DNA of 64,000 nucleotides. Origin: Squalus acanthias. Taxonomy: Eukaryota. This document shows, in pieces, positions 12,369 to 24,236 of this stretch (its first letter is position 1; every line of letters starts with the position of its first letter). The translations under genes and the position numbers were made by a program. Location of the stretch: the NCBI GenBank assembly GCA_030390025.1, contig CM059431.1:105278001-105342000 (forward strand). Direction: 5' to 3'. The notes beneath the pieces are model-generated. The model ran no database searches. It was not told the DNA's origin and worked only from the letters and a program-made list of their open reading frames with translations.

Positions 12369-13078
12369 GGGGGAAAAATTCAGTATCGACCATTTTGGGG
12401 CGCTAACATCGTTTGGGCGCTAACTTTAGCGCCCAGTGCTAATTAGCGTCGGTATGGCAAAATTGAGTTTTCGCGCTCCAAGAGGGAAGTGGAGCGCAAA
12501 ATCAAGCACTACACTTCCTTCTTAGGGCGCGAATGTTGGAGAGCGGGGCGGAGACTTCAGCAGCGCTGCACACTGGGCCGTGCAGCACTGCCGCATTCAA
12601 AGGCTCTTTCCCTCCCTTAAAGAGGGAGGCTCTGCAATTTAAAAAGTAACCTTGGCCACCAAGGCAGCCGCCATCCCACACGATCAGCCCAGCAGTCAAG
12701 CAACGTGCCGGGCTGATCGATCGCGGGCAGGAACCCGCGAAAAAAAACTAGTACAGGGAAGGTACATTTTTTTTCCACTTACCTCGGCCACCTCGCCTTT
12801 AATCATTGCCCCCGAAGCGGCCGGCCGCCCGATGCACGCCTCCTGCAGCTGTCGGTGTTTTCGACCGGTGCTGCTGCAGGGAGCAGATGTCAATTTCGGG
12901 TCTGGGGCGTTACCGGGGCAATGCGCATGGCGATGACGTCACGATCTCTGGGCGAAGGTGCCGCCGCAAAACTTCCGCCGAATATGGCGGGAGTTGATGT
13001 CAGCGCCGCGCCTGGTCGCAAAGCCATTTGCCCTCCGAAGGCGCTAACGGGAGGCGCAAAGGCACCCGATTTCACCCT
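12369..13078. mobile_element. Harbinger-type MITE (family C)
   Basis: GGGGGAAAAATT ... GATTTCACCCT imperfect TIR; probable AAA TSD; CpG-rich; homologous to 57257-58005. Confidence 0.8.
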
Positions 13079-13546
13079 AAAGAAAACAAGAGGGGAGAGC
13101 CAGATAAAAGGAGATAAAAACAATTCTCCTATATTTTTAGATTTTTTTTCTCCTTTTAGGTGCCCTGCTCTATGCCTGAGTCTGTGTAACTGAACTGTAC
13201 TGACATCATTACAATTAACTTGTATCAAGTCATTACTCCAACTTATTTTAAGTGATAATTCTCTATTGATAACTGGGAAATAACACAGGCAACATGAGGA
13301 AGTGTGACATATGAATTGGTCAGGAAGTCCATGAAGTTTTTATTCCCCTCCCGTTTTTTCCTCCAGTTCTCTCCTCTTCTCCTTCTCTTGAAAGCAACCC
13401 GTTGTGCATCACAAGCAGCAGTGGTTTTCTGGTCCCCCACCTGAGTGGCCATTCTTTACACATGAGCTTGCATGCTGAGTAAGAATGGCCTGTTTGGCAC
13501 GGGGATGATCAGAATTTAGCTTGACCTAGCACAGGACAAGACTAAA

Positions 13547-13710
13547 AGAAAGGCTTGCATTTATAGAGCGCCTTTCATGACCTCAGGACGTCCCAAAACT
13601 CTTTACAACCAATTATGTACTTTTTGAAGTGTAGTCATTGTTGCAATGTAGCTCTCACAAACAACAATGAGGTAATGAGCAGATCATCGGGTTTTGATGT
13701 TGGTTGAACT
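13547..13710 (-). mobile_element. Deu-SINE 3' fragment
   Basis: Homologous to 10994-11160. Confidence 0.7.
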
Positions 13711-13899
13711 CTGTCCCTCCTTGTAGTTATTCTCTCCTTCAGGCCCATGGAGGGCTAAAATGGTTGGAAAAAACATCCCAAATGAAATGCAGCTCAATGT
13801 GGGAGAAAGGAGAATGAGAGAGTATCAGAATGGTGCAAGGAATGGGAATGGCACTTTCACTAGATTTCAAACAAGTTCGATTCTATTTGAATTAAATAG

Positions 13900-14150
13900 G
13901 GAATTCAGAAGAAACTTCTTTACCCAGAGAGTGGTGAGAATGTGGAACTCACCACCACAGGGAGTGGTTGAAGCAAATAGTATAGTTCCATTTAATGGGG
14001 AGGTTAGATAAGCACATGAGGGAGAAAGGGATAGAGGTTTATGCTGATAGAATGAGATGAGGAAAGATAGAAGGAGGCTCAAGTGGAGCATAAACACCAG
14101 CATGGACTGGTTGGGCCGAGTGCTGTATATTCTATGTAAGACCATGTAAA
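13900..14150 (+). mobile_element. CR1 3' fragment
   Basis: RRNFFTQRVVRMWNS; TTCTATGTAA-like tail. Confidence 0.75.
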
Positions 14151-14496
14151 AACTTCCAGCCCAGTTTTCACTCTCTGCGAGCTCATTGGCTTTCTACAAG
14201 GAATAATGATTAACACTTCGAACAGTGGAGAAAAATATGTACACCGAAAATTATTCCTGATATTTGCACACCATGGTGTTATTTCTCAGCTTTTTATGAT
14301 GGTGTAGACAAGTGCTAAAGTGACACATCTTGTATTAACCCTTGCTGAACTGAAAATGAATTTCCTGAAAATGTGTTGATAAAGTCAATGATGACAAGTA
14401 AACTTCTAATTCATTATCTACGATTAGATAAAAAATCAGGAATAACATTTCCAGTGAATTGGTGATACAGGCTTCCCTTCATTCAAAAACATTTCA

Positions 14497-14750
14497 TTTT
14501 TTTAAATTCGTTCCTGGGATGTGGGTGTCACTGGCAAGGCCAGCATTTATCGGCCATCCCTAGTTGCCCTTGAGAAGGTGGTGGTGAGCCGCCTTCTTGA
14601 ACCGCTGCAGTCCGTGTGGTGAAGGTGCTCCCACAGTGCTGTTAGGGAGGGAGTTCCAGGATTTTGACCCAGCGACGATGAAGGAACGGCGATAAATTTC
14701 CAAGTCAGGATGGTGTGTGACTTGGAGGGGAACTTGGAGGTGGTGGTGTT
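14497..14750 (-). mobile_element. LINE-B 3' fragment
   Basis: HHHLQVPLQVTHHPDLEIYRRSFIVAGSKSWNSLP...HHHLLKGN. Confidence 0.85.
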
Positions 14751-14798
14751 CCGAGTATTCCGAGCTATATAAATTGTACAAGGTGTAATAACATACAG

Positions 14799-15650
14799 GA
14801 GCTGGATTTTCCATCTTGATCCCATGCAACATCAGGAAGGATAGCGGAACAAAATGGGGCAAAATCAAGAAGCTAGGATTACTGTAGCAACCTTACTTTC
14901 CCTCGCCCTTCCCCCACTGACCAGCCCTTCCCACCTCCGCCTTGCAAATGCTAAAGGAAAAGCATGTTCCCTTTCGATTTTCCTGTTTTCCAAACCTGTT
15001 ACCTCTGCTTCCTGGTACCATCCTGAGAGGAAGGTAGTCCTTGGGGTGACAGGTGAAAGGTCCCAAAGCGTCAGGATGGAAGGAAACTTCAACCTTTTCT
15101 TTTTTTCCTTTGGAGTTCTTCTGTCCCGTTAAATCTTCTTCTGCTTCTTGTGGTGCTGCAGTAGCGTTAGTGCTGCAGCATTTTCCTCTTCAGCACCAGC
15201 TGACCCCATCTTCTATTTAATTCATTCCTGGGATGTGGGCATCGCTGGCAAGGCCAGCATTTATTGCCCATCCCTAATTGCCCTCGAGAAGGTGGTGGTG
15301 AGCCACCTTCTTGAACCGCTGCAGTCCGCGTGGTGAAGGTGCTCCCACAGTGCTGTTCGGGAGGGAGTTGCAGGATTTTGACCCAGCGACGATGAAGGAT
15401 CGGCGATATACTGCCAAGTCAGGATGGTGTGGAGGGGAACTTGGAGGTGCTGGTGTTCCCATGCACCTGCTGCCCTTGTCCTTCTAGGTGGAAGAGATCG
15501 CCGGTTTGGGAAGTGGTGCCCGGGAGCCCACCCTGCATAGTAAATGATCCCTGACCCAAGAAAATGTGGCAGGCTCACGATGGGGGTCAGAGGAACGGAT
15601 ACAAGTCCCACCCCCTCAGCTACCCCACCAAAAAGAGGAGAATCCAGCCC
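14799..15650. mobile_element. Harbinger-type MITE (family B TIR), containing a LINE-B fragment at ~15215-15515
   Basis: GAGCTGGATTTT ... AGAATCCAGCCC termini matching the TIR of 25191-25987; TSD not clear. Confidence 0.5.
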
Positions 15651-15671
15651 TATATGTTTGTTACACTTCAT

Positions 15672-16552
15672 GGCCCCGGATTTTGTGGCCGACAGCGTTA
15701 CTAAGGATTACGGCGCCGGCATCTGAACCGGACACGCACTTACCTGCCGGGAACCCTCCTCCGAGAAGTTGCTATCAGGCGCTGTGGAGTTGTGCTCAGC
15801 ATAATGGCCCACGGATCCCGGGGCGGACCGTGTGCGTAAACGTACCTGGGATCACGTGGGCCGGTGCTCCAATCACCAAACAGAAGGTCTCTCATTAATA
15901 CTATTGGAGATCATAGGGCTACTCTCCATTTAAACTTCAGTACTTCGAAACTCTTCTTAAATTTGTGATTTTGGAGTCTGGGCGTGCGCAGAATACAATG
16001 TTATTTCGTAAGTCATCTACATTTTCATTTTTTTACTCCCAGCAAACCATTTTAGAACCCTGACAATCAAGCTTTCTTCAAAAATCTATTGGAAGACAGT
16101 TATTTACTTTTCATGGACAATAAATATAACTGTAATAATCCTGTGGGTCATATGTAAATGCTTACATTTCCGGCCTCAGAATCTCAAAGATAGCAGCCTC
16201 ACACAGAACACCACCCACTCGACGGTAAGTTTGATAGACTGGCTTGTAGTTTAAGCTTTTAAAATTAAACATATACTTGGATTTGACAGGAGGTATCCCC
16301 TTACGCTGTGCAAACAGGCTCCTGCTCCTGTTTGCACCAGCCGTAAAATTTTCATATGTAATTGCTGGGCAGTTGGTGGGCAATTAGGATTTCAATGTCA
16401 GAATGGATGATCTGTCAAGTCGGAACTTGACACGTCGCAAGTTCGGGATTTAGCGCATGCACTTGGAAATCCCGCACTTGCTGTCCCTTTCAAAGGCGGT
16501 ATGATGGCATACTCTGAGAGTACGCCATCACAACAACCGTAAATTCTGCCCC
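15672..16552. mobile_element. Harbinger-type MITE (family D-related) with unrelated internal segment
   Basis: GGCCCCGGATTTT ... AAATTCTGCCCC termini; CAT TSD (15669-15671 / 16553-16555); arms homologous to 52607-53367 (CCTGGGATCACGTGGGCC). Confidence 0.7.
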
Positions 16553-16647
16553 CATATGTCAAGTCAAGTGGAGGGGTCGTAAATGATATAACGTTTCATC
16601 TTTTGGTTTGTGATACAATTTTGTAGCAGTTTACTTTTGATTAAAAG

Positions 16648-18615
16648 GCTTCTTTGGCAGCACCTCCCAAACCCGCGACCTCTACCACCTAGAAGCTGTA
16701 AGGGGTTACGGTTCGGGGTGCTTGTGCGGGGTTAGGCCTTCGTTGCCTAATACTATTGCTTGCTCTGGTCTCCGGCCAGCCTTGTTGCAATAAGCACCTG
16801 TGAGTGGTTCGACCCACTCGCCCTTATGGTTCTAACACTGGACTTAGGTGCGAGAGCAGTAATGCAGAGAAAAACTCAAATAGACCCGGTTGAATAGTAC
16901 GAAATGGAAGTCTTTATTGCATAGCGTCCAAAATCATGAAGTACATGTCATAGGCACAAATTAATGACAGTACAAGTATACATACATTCATAAAACTTGG
17001 TCTAGGGTAATGAGGAACGCACGGCACATCGTAAAAAGGGGAACACATTATATTTATCCTTAATAAAATCTACCCTCCCCTATCAATACCTACACTAATC
17101 TAGATTTGTAGGATCGAGGAAACATGCTCACCACTCGTGATACTTCGGAGAATTTTAAAGTAAGGCACTCGGCTTGTTTTGCTGCAACACTTGACTGTCA
17201 CGTGTTGGAAGGGGTCTCTGTACCCCACTTGTTTATCTTCTCTGCTCCGGCTAGCAGGCTGGGCTCCCCGTTGTCATGAAGAACTCGACAGTGCTCGGGC
17301 CCGGCTGTAGAACTCAAAGAAAAGTCTTTCTGGACTGACACCAGTTAGCCGGTAGAATTCAAAGAAGAGTCTTCCTGTATTGACACCGGTTGTCGATAGA
17401 ATTCAAACAAGAGTCTTTGACTGGTTCGGCAGCAACCTGATAGAGTTAAAAAATGGTCTTTATATTTACGGGCGCGGTCGGGGTTTACTGACCGCGGCGG
17501 CACGTGGATTCTTCTTCTTCTCTTCTCATCTCGTCTCGTCGGGCCTTCGGGTCCAGAACACCATTTACCGACCCTCGGGATGGTGCACCCGGTCACTGGC
17601 CTCCGTCGAGGTGACTCGTTCCAAAGTTCAAACGAATCAGCCCCGGGAGGATCAGAGGAATAAGAGCGTTCAGCAGCCAGCAGCAAGATAAGAGTCAAGA
17701 GTCAAGAGAGCGATGGACATTTGTTCACTATAGTTATAGTGCTGTGTTTTCCTTATCTCCCGCCCAATCTTAATGTTCATCCTTTGTAAAATCTTGGCAC
17801 TCAAAATTCCCAGTATGGGGTGATTCTTGTTTGTAATGGGTTTCGGTAGCACCTTAAACTGGCCAACTACCCGTTAATGTTTTTCCCATTGTCGAACCGG
17901 CTAGGAGCCTCCCTGGCGGGGTTTTGGGGGCCTCCGAATACTTGTGTAAGTACCCGAGAATGGCTCTCTCATTGTAGAGCCGTGGGGAATTTGCGTATTG
18001 ATGTATCTGGATGGGCCTTCGATCGCCCATTACAATGGTCCTTACTTGTGCATGGAAAATGATTCCAGCACTTATATCTTTGCTATTGTGTCGAATGCAG
18101 ACAGGTTGCATCCTGTCTTTATCAGTGTTTGCTGCGTATTAACCAATCTTATACTGAAATGTTTATTCGAACGCCATCTTGTCTGCCCACTGAAAATTCT
18201 GGAAGCTTGTGCCACGTGGCCATTTTACAGGCTTCTGTGTCCTGTTTAATCATGACAGCATTTCGTTGAAATAAAACTGATGAAACTAATCTGCTTTATC
18301 TCGTTATTTCGAATCGCGATAATTGCGAATTTTACAAAGGACAAGGGCAGCAGGCGCATGGGAACACCACCTCCTCCAAGTTCCCCTATAAGTCACACAC
18401 CATCAGACTTAGAAGTATACCGCCGATCCTTCATCGTTGCTGGGTCAAAATCTTGGAACTCCCTCCCTAACAGCACTGTGGGAGTACCTTCACCACACGG
18501 ACTGCAGCAGTTCAAGAAGACAGCTCACCACCACCTTCTCAAGGGCAATTAGGGATGGGCAATAAATGCTGGTCTTGCCAGTGACGCCCACATCCCAGGA
18601 ATGAATTTTTTAAAA
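16648..18615 (+). mobile_element. LINE-B 3' fragment split by a solo LTR
   Basis: ...CCACCTAGAAG | GACAAGGGCAGCAGG... is contiguous in other copies (e.g. 9737-9761). Confidence 0.85.
16697..18336 (-). mobile_element. Solo LTR (1640 bp), ERV-like family 1
   Basis: TGTAA...TTACA termini; 4-bp TSD AAGC/AAGG (one mismatch); AATAAA on - at 16913-16918; close homolog of 788-2436. Confidence 0.92.
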
Positions 18616-18894
18616 TGACATGTAGGAGCATTTTATTTGAGTCCTGTTGACAGTGGAGTGCTTTGAGACTGTTCTCTGTGGCTATTTTTATTCATTACCT
18701 GGTTATAATATCATAAGTCTACTTTTACACTTTTAATAGAAAATGGAAATGGAATCAAAGTGATCAGTGACTTTGAATGAATTCTGAATATAGGGTATTC
18801 ATTACAAAAGGGCAGTACCACAAGTGATGCCCCCTGCTGGGAATTCAAAACAAATGATTGTAATTGTTTGATATCTACATCTGTTTCTATGTAT

Positions 18895-20002
18895 AAACAG
18901 AAAATGCTGGAAACACTCAGTGGGTCAGGTAGCAGCTGTGGAGAGAGAAACAGAGTTAACATTTTAGGTTGATGACTTTTCATCAGAACTGGAAAAAGTT
19001 AAAGATGTAACAAGTTTTAAGCAAGTGCAGAGGCAGGGAAAGCGGGGAGGGGAGGAAAGAACAAAATGGAAGGTCTGTGATAGGGTGGAAGGCAGGAGAG
19101 ATTGAATGAAAACAGGGATGATCGTGCGAGACAATAGGTGTGGTAATGGGATGATAAAAGAAACATAAGAACATAAGAAATAAGAGCAGGAGTAGGCCAT
19201 ATGGCCCCTTGAGCCTGCTCCACCATTCAATAAGATCACGGCTGCTCATCGACCTCAACAAACAAAAGTTGGGTCTATAGGAGGTGTAAATGACAACAGC
19301 AGAATCATTACCAGCACCTGCTACCCAAAAAATGGGAGCAGTGGTTATGATCTGAAATTGTTAAACTTGAGTCCGGAAGGCTGTAAAGTGTATAATCGAA
19401 AGATTAGACTGTTCCATGAGCTTCACTGGAACAGTGTAGGAGGCCGAGGACAGAGAGGTCAGAGTGGAAGTGGAGCGGAGAATTAAAATGGCAAGTGACC
19501 GGAAGCTCAGAGTCAGGCTTGCGGACTGAATGGAAGCGTTCAGCAAAGCGATCACCCAATCTGCGTTTGGTCTCCCCAGTGTAGAGGAGATGGCATCGTG
19601 AACAGCGAATACAGTATACTAAATTGCAAGAAGTACAAGTAAATCGCTGTTTCATTTGGGAGGAGTGTTTTGGTGCCCGGGACGGTGGGAAGGGAGGAGG
19701 TGAAAGGGCAGGTGTTGCATCTCCTGCGCTTGCACGGGAAGGTGCCGTGGGAAGGGGAACGGGTGTTGGGGGGCGATTGAGGAGCGGACCAGGGTGTCAC
19801 GGAGGGAGCAGTCCCTTCAGAATGCTAAAAGGGGAGGGGAGGGGAGGATGTGTTTGGTGGTGGGATCGTGCTGGAAGTGGCGGAAATGGCGGAGGATGAT
19901 CCGTTGAATGTGGAGGCTGGTGGGGTGAAAGGTGAGGACAAGGGGGACCCTATCGTGGTTCTGGGAGGGAGGGAAAGGGGTGAGAGCAGAAGTGCGGCAA
20001 AT
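18895..20002 (-). mobile_element. Penelope-like element (Neptune-type) 3' part with GIY-YIG endonuclease remnant
   Basis: GTFPCKRRRCNTCPF Cys linker, then FTCTSCNLVYCIRCSRCHLLYTGETKRRLGDRF..R...V..HFN; small CR1 tail inserted at ~19162-19258. Confidence 0.88.
18952..18992 (-). ncRNA. Degenerate minimal hammerhead ribozyme motif of Penelope element
   Basis: Minus strand CAGTT-CTGATGA-AAAGTC ATC AACCT-AAAAT-GTTAACT: CUGAUGA box intact, helix II imperfect, GAAAC box decayed. Confidence 0.5.
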
Positions 20003-20096
20003 GTTTCTATATCTTTATTGACTGTTGGAGGAATGGTTCTTATTTATGATTTATGATTTACTCCTCAAATCAATAAGGCTCTTGAACATTGAAAAA

Positions 20097-20447
20097 GGAA
20101 AGAAAGATTTGCATTTATATAGCGCTTTTTATGACCTCAGGTTGTCTCAAACGCTTTACAGCTAATGATATACTTTTGAAGTGTAGTCACTGTTGTAATG
20201 TAGGAAATGCAGCAGCCAATTTGCGCACAGCAAGATCTCACAAACAGCAACGTGATAATGATCAGTCAATCTGCTTTTTTGTTAGTGATGTTGGTTGAGG
20301 GATAAATATTAGTCAGGACACCGGGGAGAACTCCCCTGTTCTTCTTCAAAATAGTGCCGTGGGATCTTTTAAATCCACCTGAGAGAGCAAACATCTCATC
20401 TGAAAGACAACACCTTTGACAGTGAAGCACTCCCTCAGTACTACACT
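20097..20447 (-). mobile_element. Deu-domain SINE, 5'-truncated
   Basis: Homologous to 10994-11362. Confidence 0.8.
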
Positions 20448-21606
20448 ATCCAATGTCATTGGTTTATTAAGCATACAGTGCCTGCGATACTACTTAAACA
20501 AACACTTAAAAGATAGTACTTGCAGCTGAGCCTGATGATTTAATTGGGGGACTCAAATGAGTCACATTTCCAAGGTTGGTGCATAGGTTGATTCGATCTT
20601 TTCGAACCCTAGCTATCTGTGCAAACACTCACTTTTTACACCTTTTTCTTACCCCCTCTACGTGACAATTAGCACGTTGCTGCATTATATGATTTTCCTG
20701 AAGTTAAACTGCAACCTGATATGAGGTGAATTTTAATGAGCCTGTCCCCTTATCAATAATTTTAGATTTCCGTACTTAATTAGTTATTTTTCTGTTGTGT
20801 TAACCAGATCGGTATAACTCCCTGTCTTATCGATGGTTTCACTCTTGTTACATATGATTACTATTCTCCCAAGTGAAAGCTTTCATTATAAATCTGTCTT
20901 TGATTCGGTATCACCAGTCCCAGTCAATATCCGGCTTCCACATAAACCCCAGTTAAAAAAGATGATGTAAACCCAGATGTTTTCCTTTACAGCACTAAGT
21001 TATTTTTCCCCCTGCTGTTGTTAACAATTGATTAAAGTTCTCCGAAACTTTTGAATCAGTATGCAATGGCACATCTTTAATTAGGTTCACTGAGGTGATT
21101 AAGCTGACCATTGCTCTGAGGTCAGCATAAGTTCAGTGGTCACTGCTTTAAATTGTCTTACGCATTCTCCGCTTAACAGGCAAAGGCTGAAGGTTAGTAT
21201 TATTACAATGTACAGATAAATCAACAGCAGTATAGCATTAATAGACGTCATCACAGTCTGATTAACCCTTTCCTTACATGACCATCATTCATACAGTTCC
21301 CGTGAGTAATGAGTTTCGATCAGATGGATTAAAAATGTGATTACATAATTATTATTTTTTTAAGTTAATATAATTCACGTTGAAATTTTGTCATTGAGCC
21401 TTTTTGAACTCTTGGGGATGAACAGCAGCAACACTGATTATGGTCTGGGAGTAGGACTCCTGCACGGCCACAGGGCACTTCCTGCCAAGGGTGGATTATA
21501 AAGTGTGGAAAAGTGTGCAACACCTTTGCAAAAACAGATTATCGCCATATTCAGCTCTTGACAAGACCCAATGTACTGGTCTAATGCTCAAATTCTATTA
21601 AGTGCA

Positions 21607-22047
21607 AGATTGATTCCTGGGATGAGAGGGTTGTCCTATGAGGAGAGACTGAGTAGATTGGGCCTATATACTCTGGAGCTTAGAAGAATGAGAGGTGATC
21701 TCATTGAAACATATAAGACTCTGAGGGGGATTGACAGGGTAGATGCTGAGAGATTGTTTCCCCTGGCTGGAGAGTCTAGAACTAGGGGGCATAATCTCAG
21801 GATAAGGAGTCGACCATTTAAGACTGAGATGAGGAGGAATTTCTTCACTCAGAGGGTGGTGAATCTTTGGAATTCTCTACCCCAGAGGGCAGTGGATGCT
21901 GGATCATTGAGTATATTCAAGACAGAGATCAATAGATTTTTGGAATCTAGGGGAATCAAGGGATATGGAGATCGGGCGGGAAAGTGGAGATGAGGTCGAA
22001 TATCAGCCATGGCCTACTCCTGCTCCTAATTCTTATGTGCTTATGTT
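21607..22047 (+). mobile_element. CR1 3' fragment
   Basis: RLIPGMRGLSYEERLSRLGLY...LWNSLP; CTTATG tail; followed by Deu-SINE tail 22092-22198 on -. Confidence 0.9.
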
Positions 22048-24236
22048 TTGGATAACTCAGCATTTTGTATATTTTCTTGGAACCATTATAAAAAAGATTT
22101 GCATTTCTACAGCGCCTTTCATGACCTCAGGATGTCCCAAAGCGCTTTACAGCCAAAGAAGTACTTTATATTTGAGGTGTAGTCACTGTTGCAATGTTAT
22201 TAACCGCACTGGTATTATCCGCTGTACAGTTAGATTGCCAAACATTTCCTTATTAAGTGGGGAGGCTGGACCGTCTTGAGATTAAAGTATTGAGACAAGT
22301 CCCTGCAAATTTGGCACTGAAATGCAGGGCTCATTATAGTTACTGTGGGTGAGGGGTGAAAATGTGCTGTTGACCAGAGAGGCAATTAAAGTGCGGCTCA
22401 GTTATGAGCAAAAGCTGTCCAGGTTTAGATACTTTTTGACAGATCACTTCAGCTGGCCCTATCTTTCCGTGTCAAGGATACACCTCTTTTATCTACACTG
22501 AGTGTGATGTGGGTGGAAATGACACAAGTTCTGACATCTCGTGGCATCCATCTCATTTGAATGTTAGCGCTGGTGAAAGGGCCGACAGAGGAAATAGCCT
22601 CTCCCATCCAGAGCGGAAATTTCAGCACAATCAGAAATGGGGTGTATCAAAATCTACGTGGTGCACCTGCGCTACTCTCCTATCTCAGCAAAAACAGTGT
22701 GGGTTTTTAAGGCAAACATCTTCGTGATCGCTAAACCCTAAATATTCCCTGGTTTCAACTTGGCTCATTACTGTTTCATAAGAACATAAGAAATAGGAGC
22801 ACTTCGAGCCTGCTCCGCCATTCAATAAGATCATGGCTGATCTTTTACCTCATCTCCACTTTCCTGCACTATCCCCATATCCCTTGATTCCCTTAATATT
22901 CAAAATCCTATCGATCTCTGTCTTGAATATACTCAATGGCTGAGCCTCCACAGCCTTCTGGGGTAGAGAATTACAAAGATTCATCACCCTCCGAGTGAAG
23001 AAATTTCTCCTCATCTCAGTCCTAAATGGCCGACCCCTTATTCTGAGAGTGTGACCCCTCGTTCTAGCCTCCCCAGCCAGGGGAAACAACCTCCCTGCAT
23101 CTACCCTGTCAAGCCCTGTAAGAATTTTGTATGTTTCAATGAGATCACCTCTCATTCTTCTAAACTCTAGAGAATATAGGCCTAGTCTACTCAATCTCTC
23201 CTCATAGTACAATCCCCCCATCCCAGGAACCAGTCTGGTGAACCTTCGTTGCACTCTCTCTATGGCAAGTATATCCTTCCTTAGGTAAGGAGACCAAAAC
23301 TGTACACAATACTCCAGGTGTGTACTCACCAGGGCCCTAAATAATTGCAGTAAGACATCTTGGGGGAAAAATGTGGTTGATTTGCACCTCCCATTAGCGC
23401 CCTAAGAGGGCGCTAACGGGGCGCAAAGCAACTAGCGCCTGGGCACGGCACCACTAACGCCTCCCACAAAATTCATCGGGAGGTTAGCAGCGGCGGTAAC
23501 TGTTAGCGCCCCGCGGCGCTGCGCTGGCAGCGATGATGTCATCACCGTACGCAGCGCCCCGCTCGCGCCCCGGCTGTGATCTTTGGTAGCACCCCCTGAC
23601 TTACCGCCGAACGCTATGTCCGACAGTGTCAGGGGGGCCTACCTGCGGCCGGGGCGGTGCAAATTAAAGGCCTCCTGCCAGCACCTGTACGCTTTGCCGT
23701 TCCCCGGCCTTCTGTGCAGCCCCCCCACGGAATGCCGGCTGCACTCCATGAGCCAGGCACTTCTCTTAAGTGCCGGGCTCTTTTGCTGGCACTCCGATCC
23801 CTGGAGGCCCAGCTGGGCCCCGTGTCACGCTGCGCTAGGCCCCTCCCCTTTAATAAGAACATAAAAAGAACATAAGAAATAGGAGCAGAAGTCGGCCAAT
23901 CGGCCCTTCGAACCTGCTCCATCATTAAATAAGATCATGGCTGATCCAATCTTGTCCTCAACACCACTTTCCCACTCTCTCCCCATATCCCTTGACTCCC
24001 TTGTAGTTCAAATGTCTGTCAATCTCCGCCTTGAATATATTCAATGACTCCGCCTCCACAACCCTCCGGGGTAGAGAATTCCAAAGATTCACGACCCTCA
24101 GAGAAGAAATTCCTTCTCATCTCCGTCTTAAATGGGCAACCCCTTATTCTGAAACTATGCCCCCTAGTTCTAGATTCCCCTACGAGGGGAAACATCCTCT
24201 CAGCATCCACCCTGTCAAAGCCCCCTCAGAATCTTA

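Noticed and set aside
12369..13078. CpG-island promoters of host genes (also 23362-23857, 30366-30800, 49215-49967, 57257-58923)
   Set aside because: All are bounded by TIRs and/or TSDs and recur as multi-copy MITEs.
17307..17462. CRISPR array
   Set aside because: Only 3-4 degenerate units, partly homologous linkers, inside a vertebrate LTR, no cas genes.
788..18336. Two same-orientation LTRs 14 kb apart as one full provirus
   Set aside because: Each LTR has its own 4-bp TSD and splits a different host element; no gag/pol lies between them.
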